Positions 22,264 through 32,151 of a stretch of 64,000 nt of DNA are shown piece by piece. The translations under genes were made by a program, and so were the position numbers. Each line of letters opens with the position of its first letter. Position 1 is the stretch's first letter. Source of the stretch: Savitreella phatthalungensis (lineage: Eukaryota); assembly GCA_051599415.1 (NCBI GenBank), contig AP039702.1, positions 372,001 through 436,000 on the forward strand, written 5' to 3'. The notes beneath the pieces were generated by a model. It saw only the letters and a list, made by a program, of their open reading frames with translations. It was not told the DNA's origin and did not search any database.

Positions 22264-23157
22264 CTACTCGCCGCCGAGGACGTGACCCTGACCAGCAAAG
22301 CGAGCTCGCTGGGACGCTGTACCGCGTTGTGAGTCTCTTGCGCTAGAGGGATTGTTGAGCGTGGCGATATTACTTCGATTGCCACTGCCCGGAGAAGTGA
22401 GATTTGTTGACGAATCGTGCTTCGTCTCTTTCTTCGGTGCAAAGACTTGGCCAAACGACCTGGCTGTGCCGCCCATGGCTGCTGTTTGCGAGCCTGCAGA
22501 CGAATTGCTGAGGTAATTGCCCTCGCCAATGAGCCATTTGAGCCAAGCAGGAGTGCGTACACGATTCGGAAGTCCTTGAGACGGCATAGTCTCAGTCACA
22601 TGCCGCCAAAGAAAGGCACTGATCAGACCTGTACCTTGATTCATTGCCGCTTGGGGTCCGCCTGTGGCGAATGTGATGAAGAGCATCGAGTAGGGCAGCC
22701 ATTTCATCGGCATTCGAATCATTCCAAACAGGTTCGTCTGCGCATCAGGTGTATCCAGACATGATGTCGTGCAGAGCGCGAGCGTTAGTGCACTGAAGTA
22801 GATGGGTACTTTGATGAAGTAATTCAGTAGCAGGATAATTGCAGCATTGAACAGAAGATACCAGCAGTAGTCCGCTGTGGAGACGCCAAACTTGCCGACC
22901 TCGAGTTGCATACTGTACTGGTACGCAAAGAAGAGGCCGAACAGCAGCTCCATACCACTGCCAGCATAAAGAAAGGCGGTGACAGGCCTCCAGAATTCGC
23001 CCCGGAGAGTATAATCCCAATAATTGACAAGGTATATCGGGGATATGATGTAAAACAGAGAAGAGACGGAGGTCAGGAAGACTGCCAACAGCAGCGTCCT
23101 CGTCACCGGCGGCTGCTGCGCATAATAGCGATAGAAATCATTCTCGCGCCAGCTCAT
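22264..23157 (-). CDS. DFM1: Derlin (Dfm1/Derlin-1 type) with C-terminal SHP box
   Basis: Start MSWREND (ATG 23157); PPVTR, GEFWRPVTAFLY (WR motif), LEVGKF, MKWLPY, C-terminal FAGQGHVLG (Cdc48-binding SHP box). Confidence 0.85.
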   Translation of the reverse strand: MSWRENDFYRYYAQQPPVTRTLLLAVFLTSVSSLFYIISPIYLVNYWDYTLRGEFWRPVTAFLYAGSGMELLFGLFFAYQYSMQLEVGKFGVSTADYCWYLLFNAAIILLLNYFIKVPIYFSALTLALCTTSCLDTPDAQTNLFGMIRMPMKWLPYSMLFITFATGGPQAAMNQGTGLISAFLWRHVTETMPSQGLPNRVRTPAWLKWLIGEGNYLSNSSAGSQTAAMGGTARSFGQVFAPKKETKHDSSTNLTSPGSGNRSNIATLNNPSSARDSQRGTASQRARFAGQGHVLGGE

Positions 23158-23267
23158 GAGGGCGATTAATTTGTGATGTCGTCCTGCAACGTGTTGATCA
23201 ATGCAAAGGCCGGTGTGGAGAGAAAGCATACGCAATACGGCTAACTTCAGGGTAAAATCCGAGAGCA

Positions 23268-24326
23268 ATGCGTCCTGCGTCAAGCGGGAGGCATGTGAGC
23301 AAAATTATCTTCAGCGGCATTCAACCTACAGGTGTGCCGCACCTGGGCAACTATATTGGTGCATTGAGGCCATGGGTCGAGACACAGCGCTCGGAGCCCG
23401 CTACGACAAAAATCATCATCTCTGTGGTTGATCTGCATGCTATTACTGTACCTCAACATGCCGGATCACTCAGACAAAGCAAGAAACAGATGCTCGCCAG
23501 TCTGCTTGCGATGGGTCTCGATCCGTGTCGATGTATCATTTATGAGCAGAGCCGTGTACCCGAACACAACGAACTGGCTTGGATTCTCGGCACTTTAACA
23601 CCCATGGGTAGTCTAGCACGGATGACACAATGGAAAGCAAAGTCCGGCTCGACACAGATTTTTGGAAGCGATCATGCAATTGCGACCCCGGGCCTTCATC
23701 TTGGACTATTTGCATATCCGGTCCTACAGGCCGCGGACGTGCTGTTGTACAAGACGACTCACGTACCTGTGGGTGATGATCAGGCTCAGCATCTCGAGCT
23801 CTGTCGGGACCTGGCAAAGCTTTTCAACAAGCGCTACAATGGTGATATCCTGCCTCTGCCTCAGACAGTCCTCCGCGAGAACGGCGCGCGTATTTCATCT
23901 CTCCGAGAACCTGGGAAGAAGATGTCCAAATCGGACCCGAATGATAGGTCGAGGATCAACCTCACTGATAGCGCCGGAAGCATCCGTAAGAAGATTGCGA
24001 GCGCTGTCACTGATTCGCAGGCTGGTATTTCGTATGATCCGGGCAGTAGACCTGGTATTGCCAACCTGATCGATATCATGGCGGCATTTACGGGCGAAAC
24101 GCCAAGAAGTCTTGCCTCATCGATTGCGGCTTTATCGCATCGTGAGCTGAAGGAGGCAACCGCTGAGACCATTATCAATGCATTGAGCCCTATACATGAG
24201 CACTACTCCGAGCTTATACAAGACGAGCGGATGCTCGAGCAAATTGCTCTAGAAGGCGCCGAGCGAGCATCCGAAATAGCGCGGCACACTATGCGCGAAG
24301 TTCGCAAGGTTGTTGGCTTGAGTTGA
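23268..24326 (+). CDS. MSW1: Mitochondrial tryptophanyl-tRNA synthetase
   Basis: IFSGIQPTGVPHLGNYIGA (HIGH-like), YPVLQAADVLLY, VPVGDDQAQHLE, KMSKS. Confidence 0.95.
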   Translation: MRPASSGRHVSKIIFSGIQPTGVPHLGNYIGALRPWVETQRSEPATTKIIISVVDLHAITVPQHAGSLRQSKKQMLASLLAMGLDPCRCIIYEQSRVPEHNELAWILGTLTPMGSLARMTQWKAKSGSTQIFGSDHAIATPGLHLGLFAYPVLQAADVLLYKTTHVPVGDDQAQHLELCRDLAKLFNKRYNGDILPLPQTVLRENGARISSLREPGKKMSKSDPNDRSRINLTDSAGSIRKKIASAVTDSQAGISYDPGSRPGIANLIDIMAAFTGETPRSLASSIAALSHRELKEATAETIINALSPIHEHYSELIQDERMLEQIALEGAERASEIARHTMREVRKVVGLS

Positions 24327-24689
24327 TAGCCATCACCTTGCCTGGCTCAGCAGAACACAGCTGGCAGCTGGAATGTCCGGCTGAGATATGTGCTCAATCA
24401 TGGCTTGGCCCTAGATGACTTCCCAGGACTTTAGATCGAGAGCCGCAACGATTATTATCAGGGTTCGTGGACATTTTCGTGCAGCGACTCTCGCTATAAA
24501 TAGCTCGGGTTGCCCTACGCAGACTTGTGGCGCAGGACCCAGATCAACCAGGCGCACGCAGCACGTGAATTCTGGAATGACGTCGAATCAAGGACAGCCA
24601 TAGCTCGTGTTCATATGGACGTGTAGACACTCTAGTCCGTGTCTCCAAGAAGAGCTGGACAGGGGCCCTGTGTCGTTGCGCCAGCCAGC

Positions 24690-26183
24690 ATGATAGCATC
24701 GATTCATAATGTCTGCGTATGGGCGTCTGAAAAGACGGGCTTTCCGGTCGATCCTCTGAAATTGCTTGCTTGTCTGCTCATCTCTTACCCGATGGCCGGG
24801 TTGATGAAGCGCTTGCCGCACGAGCGCGTCGTGGTCAACTGCTACTGTATCGCTGGAGGTCTCTTCTTTCTGGTGGGAGTTTTCGATCTCTGGACTGGTC
24901 TTTTGAATCTCCTTGGAGCCTCCCTGGTTACCTATGCGATTTCGACAATCCGGCATCCACTCATGCCGTGGATCAACTTCATCGTCGTCATGGCACACAT
25001 GTCCGTCAATCAAATCATACGTCAGCGCCTGAACGATGCAAATGTTGTGGATGTTACTGGCGCACAGATGGTGCTCGTCATGAAGCTCACAGCATTCGCG
25101 TGGAATGTACACGATGGTCGTCAGCAGCAGCTGCAAAATTGGCAAAAGCGTAATGCGCTTAAACAACTACCGTCGCTCCTGGATTATCTGGCATGGGTCT
25201 TCTTCTTTCCCGCTATGCTCATCGGACCATCGTTCGACTTTGCCCTGTATCGTGAGTGGTTGACGCTTGAGATGTACGGTCCTGGAGCCAGACGCATCCC
25301 ACGCAGTGGCAGGGCTGCGACCAAGCGTGCCGTTGAAGGAATCTTGTGGATTGCTGCCCTTGGCTATCTCTCGACAAGGTATGACACAGATGCTGTCTTG
25401 GACCGTGCCTTTGAGCGCCGGGGCCTGCTATCGCGTTTGGCATACCTGGTCCCTCTCGCCATCACGGCACGTACGAAGTACTACGGCGTCTGGAAAGTCA
25501 GCGAGGGAGCCTGCATCTTGTGTGGATTTGGTTATCGACGCGTTGCCAAGGATGCCACCGATGGCACAAGTCATAAGGTTAAGTGGGACCTTATAGAGAA
25601 CATCTCGCCGAGAGAGTTTGAAACTTCGCCAAACACGAAGGCTCTGCTCGAGAGTTGGAACAAAAATACGAATCGCTGGCTTAAAGAGTATGTCTACCTG
25701 CGTGTTACTCCGGCCGGACGAAAGCCGGGTTTCGCTGCGACATTGGCGACCTTTGGCACGAGCGCAATCTGGCATGGATTCTACCCGGGGTATTACTTTG
25801 CATTCGCAACAGGAGCATTAGCACAGACTGTGGGAAAACTGTATCGCCGCAAATTGCGCCCATACTTTGTCGGAACGCCATACAAAAGAGCATACGACAT
25901 CGTCGGCTGGGTCGTGACACAGCTAGCATGGGATTACATCTCACAGCCTTTCATCGTGTTAGGCTTCTGGGAGTCGATTCTCTTCTTCAAGAGGTACTAC
26001 TTCTTCGTCCACATTGGTATGGCTGCGTCTTTTTTGACGATCAGATATATTCCGACCAAAAAATCTGCTGCCGCGTCGATCGAGAAGGAGAGCGATCCCG
26101 TTACAGCAATTCCGCCCCCACATCCGATCAACAAAGCGGAATTGCAGACATTAAAGCATGACGCACAAGACATAGTAAAGTGA
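24690..26183 (+). CDS. ALE1: Lysophospholipid acyltransferase, MBOAT family
   Basis: Probable start MIASIHN (ATG 24690); DVTGAQMVLVMKLTAFAWNVHDG, GPSFDF, WNKNTNRWLKEYVYLRV, SAIWHGFYPGYY (catalytic His). Confidence 0.93.
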   Translation: MIASIHNVCVWASEKTGFPVDPLKLLACLLISYPMAGLMKRLPHERVVVNCYCIAGGLFFLVGVFDLWTGLLNLLGASLVTYAISTIRHPLMPWINFIVVMAHMSVNQIIRQRLNDANVVDVTGAQMVLVMKLTAFAWNVHDGRQQQLQNWQKRNALKQLPSLLDYLAWVFFFPAMLIGPSFDFALYREWLTLEMYGPGARRIPRSGRAATKRAVEGILWIAALGYLSTRYDTDAVLDRAFERRGLLSRLAYLVPLAITARTKYYGVWKVSEGACILCGFGYRRVAKDATDGTSHKVKWDLIENISPREFETSPNTKALLESWNKNTNRWLKEYVYLRVTPAGRKPGFAATLATFGTSAIWHGFYPGYYFAFATGALAQTVGKLYRRKLRPYFVGTPYKRAYDIVGWVVTQLAWDYISQPFIVLGFWESILFFKRYYFFVHIGMAASFLTIRYIPTKKSAAASIEKESDPVTAIPPPHPINKAELQTLKHDAQDIVK

Positions 26184-26199
26184 GCTTTTCGTAGCATCT

Positions 26200-27759
26200 A
26201 TGTCATCGATAGTAGCCATCTGTCAGAATTATGTAGACAAGGCGCTACAAGGCGATGGCGTCAAATGCTTGCTCGTCGACGACGACACCAAGGTCGTTCT
26301 GTCACTCATATACACGCAGTCGCAATTGCTCGAAAAGCATGTCTACCTCACAGAGCGGCTCGAGAAGCCAAGAGAACGACTAGCGCATCTGCAGTGCATA
26401 GCTATTGTACGCCCGACTGCTGCGAATATCAAGCTATTGGAAGCTGAATTGCGCAATCCACGGTACGCGGCATATCGGCTCGTCTTCACAAATGCGTTGT
26501 CGCGCGAATCTGTCGAACAGCTCGCTGAGTCAGACACGTCCGAGCTCGTTACATCAGTCATCGAGCTGTACCTTGACTTTTGTGCACTGGGTCCCCATCT
26601 TTTTACCCTCGCCGCGGCACCGAGGCCCGGACCCAGTATTGACGTATGGAACCCTACATGGTTGGAGCGGACATCACAAGGTCTAATCGCGGCTCTTCTA
26701 GCTCTCAAAAAACGCCCTCTTATTCGATTCGAGCGCAATTCCCCCCTTGCACGAAGGCTGGCTGACATTGTGTCGCACTTTATTGCTCAGCACAAGCTCT
26801 TTGACTTTCCCCGGACAGATACAAATGCGATCTTGCTGATCGTGGATCGTCGCAATGATCCTGTCACGCCATTTCTCACTCAATGGACTTATCAGGCGAT
26901 GGTGCATGATCTTCTTGGTCTTGAAAATGGACAGACACAAGGTGTGCCTCTGACCGCTGATACAGATCCATTCTTTGCCCAGAACATGTATCTCAACTTT
27001 GGCGACCTCGGAGATGTACTCAAATCGTACGTCGAATCTTACCAGCAGCGCACAGACTCAAATCGCAACCTCGAGACGGTCGCAGATATGAAGCGTTTCA
27101 TTGAAGCGTATCCGGAATTTCGAAAGCTGTCTGGTAATGTCTCGAAGCATGTCAATCTCATGTCCGAGCTGTCACGACTGGTGGCGGAGCGAAACCTGCT
27201 GGACGTGTCTGAAGTCGAGCAGAGCCTTGTCTGCGGCAGTGGTGACAGTGTCCGCGATCTGGACAGTGTTAACAAACTCTTGACGACTACGATTCCCGAC
27301 GAGCTAAAGCTACGACTAGCCTCACTTTACGCTCTCCGTCATGGACCGGCACACGACTATCCGGTTCTACGGAAGCTAATGACATCATACGGCACAGCGA
27401 GGCGCCAAGGCGACCTGTTTCCGCGATCTGACCTGTTCAGTAAAGCTCGTAGCGGCTTACGTGGGATACAAAACGTCTATACGCAACACCGCCCATTGCT
27501 TGAAAGCACTCTGCTGGACCTTTCACGCGGGAAACTATCACTTACTTTGTTCCCCGCAATTGACGGGGCCGATCTGCCGACCGATAGGCCACAGGAGGCG
27601 ATTGTCTTCATGGTCGGTGGCGGCTGTACCTATGAAGAGTCAAAATGCTGCGCAGAGATCAATCAAGCAGTCCGCGGTTTCAGATGTACACTCGGTGCGG
27701 AACAAGTCATCAACGCAGAAGGTTGGCTCGACTGGATTGGAGCAGCTGGAGAAAGCTAG
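26200..27759 (+). CDS. VPS45: Sec1/Munc18 protein Vps45
   Basis: KCLLVDDDT, TQSQLL, ELRNPRY, DRRNDPVTPFLTQWTYQAMVH, MKRFIEAYPEFRKLSGNVSKHV, NVYTQHRP, GGGCTYEE. Confidence 0.93.
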   Translation: MSSIVAICQNYVDKALQGDGVKCLLVDDDTKVVLSLIYTQSQLLEKHVYLTERLEKPRERLAHLQCIAIVRPTAANIKLLEAELRNPRYAAYRLVFTNALSRESVEQLAESDTSELVTSVIELYLDFCALGPHLFTLAAAPRPGPSIDVWNPTWLERTSQGLIAALLALKKRPLIRFERNSPLARRLADIVSHFIAQHKLFDFPRTDTNAILLIVDRRNDPVTPFLTQWTYQAMVHDLLGLENGQTQGVPLTADTDPFFAQNMYLNFGDLGDVLKSYVESYQQRTDSNRNLETVADMKRFIEAYPEFRKLSGNVSKHVNLMSELSRLVAERNLLDVSEVEQSLVCGSGDSVRDLDSVNKLLTTTIPDELKLRLASLYALRHGPAHDYPVLRKLMTSYGTARRQGDLFPRSDLFSKARSGLRGIQNVYTQHRPLLESTLLDLSRGKLSLTLFPAIDGADLPTDRPQEAIVFMVGGGCTYEESKCCAEINQAVRGFRCTLGAEQVINAEGWLDWIGAAGES

Positions 27760-29058
27760 CAGGACAGAACACTTATCAACCAGCAGTCGAAAGCGCAGGA
27801 TGTTCACCACCGAGTCTTCATGGGTCAACTTGGGCTGTGCCGATCGACCGTCCGTTTTTCTCAGCTCTAAGCGAGTACATTGGCTATGACAACCATCGAG
27901 CCTCGCTCATGTCGCCTTGACGGCTGTCTGATGAGCGAACGAGTCTCTAATCGCTACTCGGAGTACAGTTGACCATATTAAGACGGCGCTCTTGCGGCCG
28001 AGCGCGAAGGCAAGACCAAATGGGCTGCTATGCGATAACGTCCGACTGACCTGGGCAGATGTCCTGGACAGATGTCGACAAATTTGAGTCGTGTCAGCAT
28101 GTGATCAGGCAAGACTTTCACGTCGTTTCCACGGGCATCACCTGCACGCTCCGATCTGCCTCGACTCTTCCTTTGTCAGCCCGTCGAACTCACTTTGTAA
28201 GTGTGTTTCGTTCTCTGGCACAATCGTTTGCATTGCCTCTGCTGCCCAAAAGATCGAGATCCGGCGAGACTTCCGATACCAGTCCTTTGGTCACAACATC
28301 CGGATGTTTTCAGACATCCAGTACTGTGGGCTACAGTGCAAACCCAGTGTGGGAGGCGACATTGGTTTCGAATTCTTAAGGTGAGACGCTACCTGACTCC
28401 ATCGAAATCTAAACGCGTAGAATCGAATCTTCGAGAGATCTTGATTCAGTTTCAAATTGATGGATAAAAGTTAGCCATAGACCGGCTAAAATCATTTAAA
28501 TTAATTTCAATAATGACCGAGTCCAGTTTACCGTCAGATGCATCCTTAGGTCAAATGTTCACGACTCTCTCAAGCTGTTTACACGGGATTATGGCTTACA
28601 GGTCAAAGCTAGTATATCTGACTGATCGAGCAAGATCGCTAGTGCTGCCTAAATCGGGAAAATTCAGTCGAGACAGAGTCCAAATCTATAGTGCTACGCC
28701 TGCAGCTTGAGAACCATATGATTGATTATGTGGAGAGACTTCCACGGCACGTACCAGTTTGGGACCATATGCACGGTCTTAATAGTCTTACGGTCACTCT
28801 CGACCCAACAGGCGCATACACAGATCTACCACCTTTGTGTTGGACTCGCTGCTACCACTTCCGCACGCATGAACACTTCAGTGCAGCTGCTTCGGTGACC
28901 AAGACGAGGGATACGCATCGGCAACGCGGCACAGGCTTCGTAGGAGATGCCCATAATGTTGCGAGGAAGGGAAAGTAAGAGTGTTAGGAAGGAATAGTAA
29001 AAGAGTGAATATGGCAAGTTGCACGTACAGGTAGCGTATCGAGCGGACGAAGGAGGAC

Positions 29059-29066
29059 TATAAAAG
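29059..29066 (+). promoter_or_regulatory. TATA box upstream of the WSC-GH53 gene
   Basis: TATAAAAG, a perfect TATAWAWR match, 28 nt before ATG 29087 and 57 nt before ATG 29116. Confidence 0.55.
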
Positions 29067-29115
29067 AGCTCTCAATCCTATCTCCGATGAGCATCAACAT
29101 CGTTCTCTTCTTGAC

Positions 29116-32100
29116 ATGGTGGCCACAGGCGCGGTAGTCAGCGCAGCTATCACATACTTAGGATGTCTGTCCGACAATTGGCCGAATTCGAGGGTCATGT
29201 CAGGTATGTGGACAAGCTCTGACTCACTCTCGATTAGCTCATGCACTTCCTTCTGTGGCGACGCGGGCTTCAAGTATGCAGGATGTGAATACGGCAGGGA
29301 GATCTGGTGCAGTAACACGCGACCTGTCATTTCATCTTCGACCAGCGGCTGCGACATGCCCTGCTCAGGAGACTCATCTGCGAAATGCGGTGGCAGCAAC
29401 CGGTTGAGTGTGTATGAACTCAATTCGCCGGCGGTCGCATCGACTGCTTACGCTCTCGGGTGTTACGCTGACAACCCCAATTGGCGTGCTATGCAAACCG
29501 TTGTCAAAGGCTTTGAGATGACGCCAGAGGTGTGCCAGTTGTATTGTGCCTCTCGCGGCTACTCCATTTTCGGACTTCAGTTCTCGACCGAATGCTGGTG
29601 CTCATCATCAGTACCGTCTCAAGGCAAGTCAAACAGCTGCGACATGCAGTGCTCTGGCTCGTCGGCAATATGCGGCGGTAAAAATGCTTTGTCGGTTTAC
29701 ACGACAGACTCAGCGCTTTATCGCAGCACAGTTGGATCAGTGCCCGGCGCTGACAAAAATTCCGTCTCAGCTTCAAACAGCGCCTCTTTGATGAGCTCGC
29801 AATCAGTTTTGCCAACTTCCATCTCACCTCCATACGCAAATGAGACCATCGCAGTCGTTTCGACTGAGTCTTCACTCTCTCAGTCGAGCGTCAGCGTATT
29901 CGATGCAAAGCCCACACCTTCTCTTTCCAGTGTGCTGTCCTCTGCCAGCTCTCCACCGAACGAAGTAGAATCGATGCGCTCGAGCTCATCCGGTCTGTCA
30001 ATGTCTACCCTGGTGACCTCTAGTGCATCACCAACGACTAGTGTGGCTAGCTCGACCTCGAGTAGCGACGTCTATCAAGGGTGCTTTCTCGATTACTATC
30101 CGCAAGGTCGAGCAATGTCAGGAGCATCAACCCAGAGCGACTCTATGACAAACGACATGTGTCGGTCTTTCTGCATCACCCGAGGTTTTGCTTATGCAGC
30201 CACAGAATACGGGAGAGAATGTTACTGCTCGGCCCTCGCTCCAACTACGACGGCAAGCAATTGCGACATGAAGTGCGCCGGTGGTAGCGGGATCTGCGGC
30301 GGCTCGAATGCCCTTGCGGTGTACAAATACCCGGTAATGCCGCAAGCCTCTGCGATGCCGGTGGTCTTACCCTCCAATTGGTCCGCAGTAGGATGTCGTT
30401 CGGATGCCACCAATTGGCGCGTTCTCACAACGTACAGTTACAAGGATGATCAGATGACTATTCAGAAATGTCTCTCGACATGCCAAGATCTCGGTTTGAA
30501 TCTGGCAGGTCTGGAGTACAGCACCGAATGTTACTGTGGCATGGATCAGCTCGTCTGGGATCAACAATCCTCGAGCTGCACGATGCCGTGCGGAGGTGAT
30601 ATCTCCACGACCTGCGGAGGACCAAATGCCCTCCAAGTCTACAAATACGCTGGGCCGGCAGCGTCCCGCGCGATTTTGCAATCGACAACAGCAAGTGGTG
30701 CCAAGTACAGCTTCGCAGGCTGTTGGTCAGACGCGTGGCCGAGTAGTAGAGTACTGAAAGGAGCGCAAGCACCTTCTGGCAACGGTTCTCCTGGATTGTG
30801 CACCTCCTACTGTCACTCGCGCGGATTTCCAATCGCTGGAATCGAAAACGGCGACCAGTGCTTTTGTGACACATCAATGCTGGGCGCGTCACGTTTCCGC
30901 GATGACGCTTGCAATGCTCCATGTGCACTGTCTGCCACAGCATTGTGCGGCGCTGCGAACAAGCTTTCTGTCTATGCCACTGAAGGGGCTAATATTGTCG
31001 CTGCCGACGCAAAACCGAAAGCGCCACAGTTGCGTTACAAAGGCCATGATATCAGCTCGCTCCTCATGCTGGAAAAAGGGTTGAGTGCCGCCTACGAACC
31101 ACCGAATTGGAAGTGGAGCCAGGAAAGCTGGGATAACCCCCCCAAGCTAGAGCAGCTTCTTGCAGACGCGGGCAGTAACACAATTAGACAGCGTTTGTGG
31201 ACTTCACCAAACGCGTCAGCTCCCGAGGGCACTACTTACGGACTGGCATACAACATTGAGCTGGGACGTCGCGTGCGACAAAGCGGCCAACTCATCTTCC
31301 TCGACATATTCTACTCTGATGATTGGGCAGACCCTTTCAAACAAGTGACTCCAAGCCTCTGGGCAGGTCTATCTCTGCCTGACCTCTGTGTCCAGGTCGA
31401 GCGCTACACACGCGACGTTCTGAATGCATTTGTGGACGCAGATGCACCTATCGAACTACTTTCCCTTGGAAACGAGATCACAAAAGGCTTTATGTGGCCA
31501 CTCGGTCGCAGCGTCGACGGCATGAGTCAACTGCTAGCAGCTGCAGTCCGTGGTGTCAAGTCTTCGCGGATGTCACCCCTGCCAAAGCTGCTGTTGCATC
31601 GGGATGATGGTACTAACAAGAATGGCGTGCTCAGCTTCCTCAAAGGCATCTTCGGCAGCGGATACGTCTCTCCAACAGATTTCTATGGCTTTGCAAGTAC
31701 GACATATCCATTCTACACTTCTTCCGCGACACAAGAAGCAGCGCTTGACACATGGACTGCTGTCGCGGAGACTTGGGGCTTAGCAACCATAGTCACTGAG
31801 ACTCAGTGGCCTGTGTCTTGTGCTCAGGCCTTCACGTCATGGCAGAGTTGGTCATCGGACTTGAATTTCGATGCTGGTGACCCGTACGCCATGGGTTTCG
31901 ACATTCCATCACAGCGCAGATGGACCTACATGCTGGCAAACACTTTGAATCGTGTGCCAGGAGGCAAAGGCCAAGGCTTGTTCTACTGGGAGCCCGGGTT
32001 CCTGAACAATACAGCCGCCGGCACGACCTGCGATAGCATCTTGCTTGCTCGACCTCAAGATGTGTGGTGGAATTCAGATCAGAGGAGTTCCAGTGGTTAC

Positions 32101-32151
32101 CGCCCAACAATGACTCTGGCAGACTCTGTCAATACCTGGAAGGAGATCTGA
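29116..32151 (+). CDS. Multi-WSC-domain protein with C-terminal GH53 (endo-beta-1,4-galactanase-like) domain
   Basis: Five Cys-rich WSC repeats (YLGC...CGGSNRLSVY and similar) and a Ser-rich linker after repeat 2. GH53 motifs from ~31030: KGHDISS, NTIRQRLW, YSDDWADP.KQ..P..W, SLGNEI (acid/base), VTETQWP (nucleophile), GLFYWEP. Confidence 0.88.
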   Translation: MVATGAVVSAAITYLGCLSDNWPNSRVMSGMWTSSDSLSISSCTSFCGDAGFKYAGCEYGREIWCSNTRPVISSSTSGCDMPCSGDSSAKCGGSNRLSVYELNSPAVASTAYALGCYADNPNWRAMQTVVKGFEMTPEVCQLYCASRGYSIFGLQFSTECWCSSSVPSQGKSNSCDMQCSGSSAICGGKNALSVYTTDSALYRSTVGSVPGADKNSVSASNSASLMSSQSVLPTSISPPYANETIAVVSTESSLSQSSVSVFDAKPTPSLSSVLSSASSPPNEVESMRSSSSGLSMSTLVTSSASPTTSVASSTSSSDVYQGCFLDYYPQGRAMSGASTQSDSMTNDMCRSFCITRGFAYAATEYGRECYCSALAPTTTASNCDMKCAGGSGICGGSNALAVYKYPVMPQASAMPVVLPSNWSAVGCRSDATNWRVLTTYSYKDDQMTIQKCLSTCQDLGLNLAGLEYSTECYCGMDQLVWDQQSSSCTMPCGGDISTTCGGPNALQVYKYAGPAASRAILQSTTASGAKYSFAGCWSDAWPSSRVLKGAQAPSGNGSPGLCTSYCHSRGFPIAGIENGDQCFCDTSMLGASRFRDDACNAPCALSATALCGAANKLSVYATEGANIVAADAKPKAPQLRYKGHDISSLLMLEKGLSAAYEPPNWKWSQESWDNPPKLEQLLADAGSNTIRQRLWTSPNASAPEGTTYGLAYNIELGRRVRQSGQLIFLDIFYSDDWADPFKQVTPSLWAGLSLPDLCVQVERYTRDVLNAFVDADAPIELLSLGNEITKGFMWPLGRSVDGMSQLLAAAVRGVKSSRMSPLPKLLLHRDDGTNKNGVLSFLKGIFGSGYVSPTDFYGFASTTYPFYTSSATQEAALDTWTAVAETWGLATIVTETQWPVSCAQAFTSWQSWSSDLNFDAGDPYAMGFDIPSQRRWTYMLANTLNRVPGGKGQGLFYWEPGFLNNTAAGTTCDSILLARPQDVWWNSDQRSSSGYRPTMTLADSVNTWKEI

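Noticed and set aside
27760..29050. Short ORFs between VPS45 and the WSC-GH53 gene
   Set aside because: No recognisable motifs in the frames examined; treated as UTR or promoter DNA.
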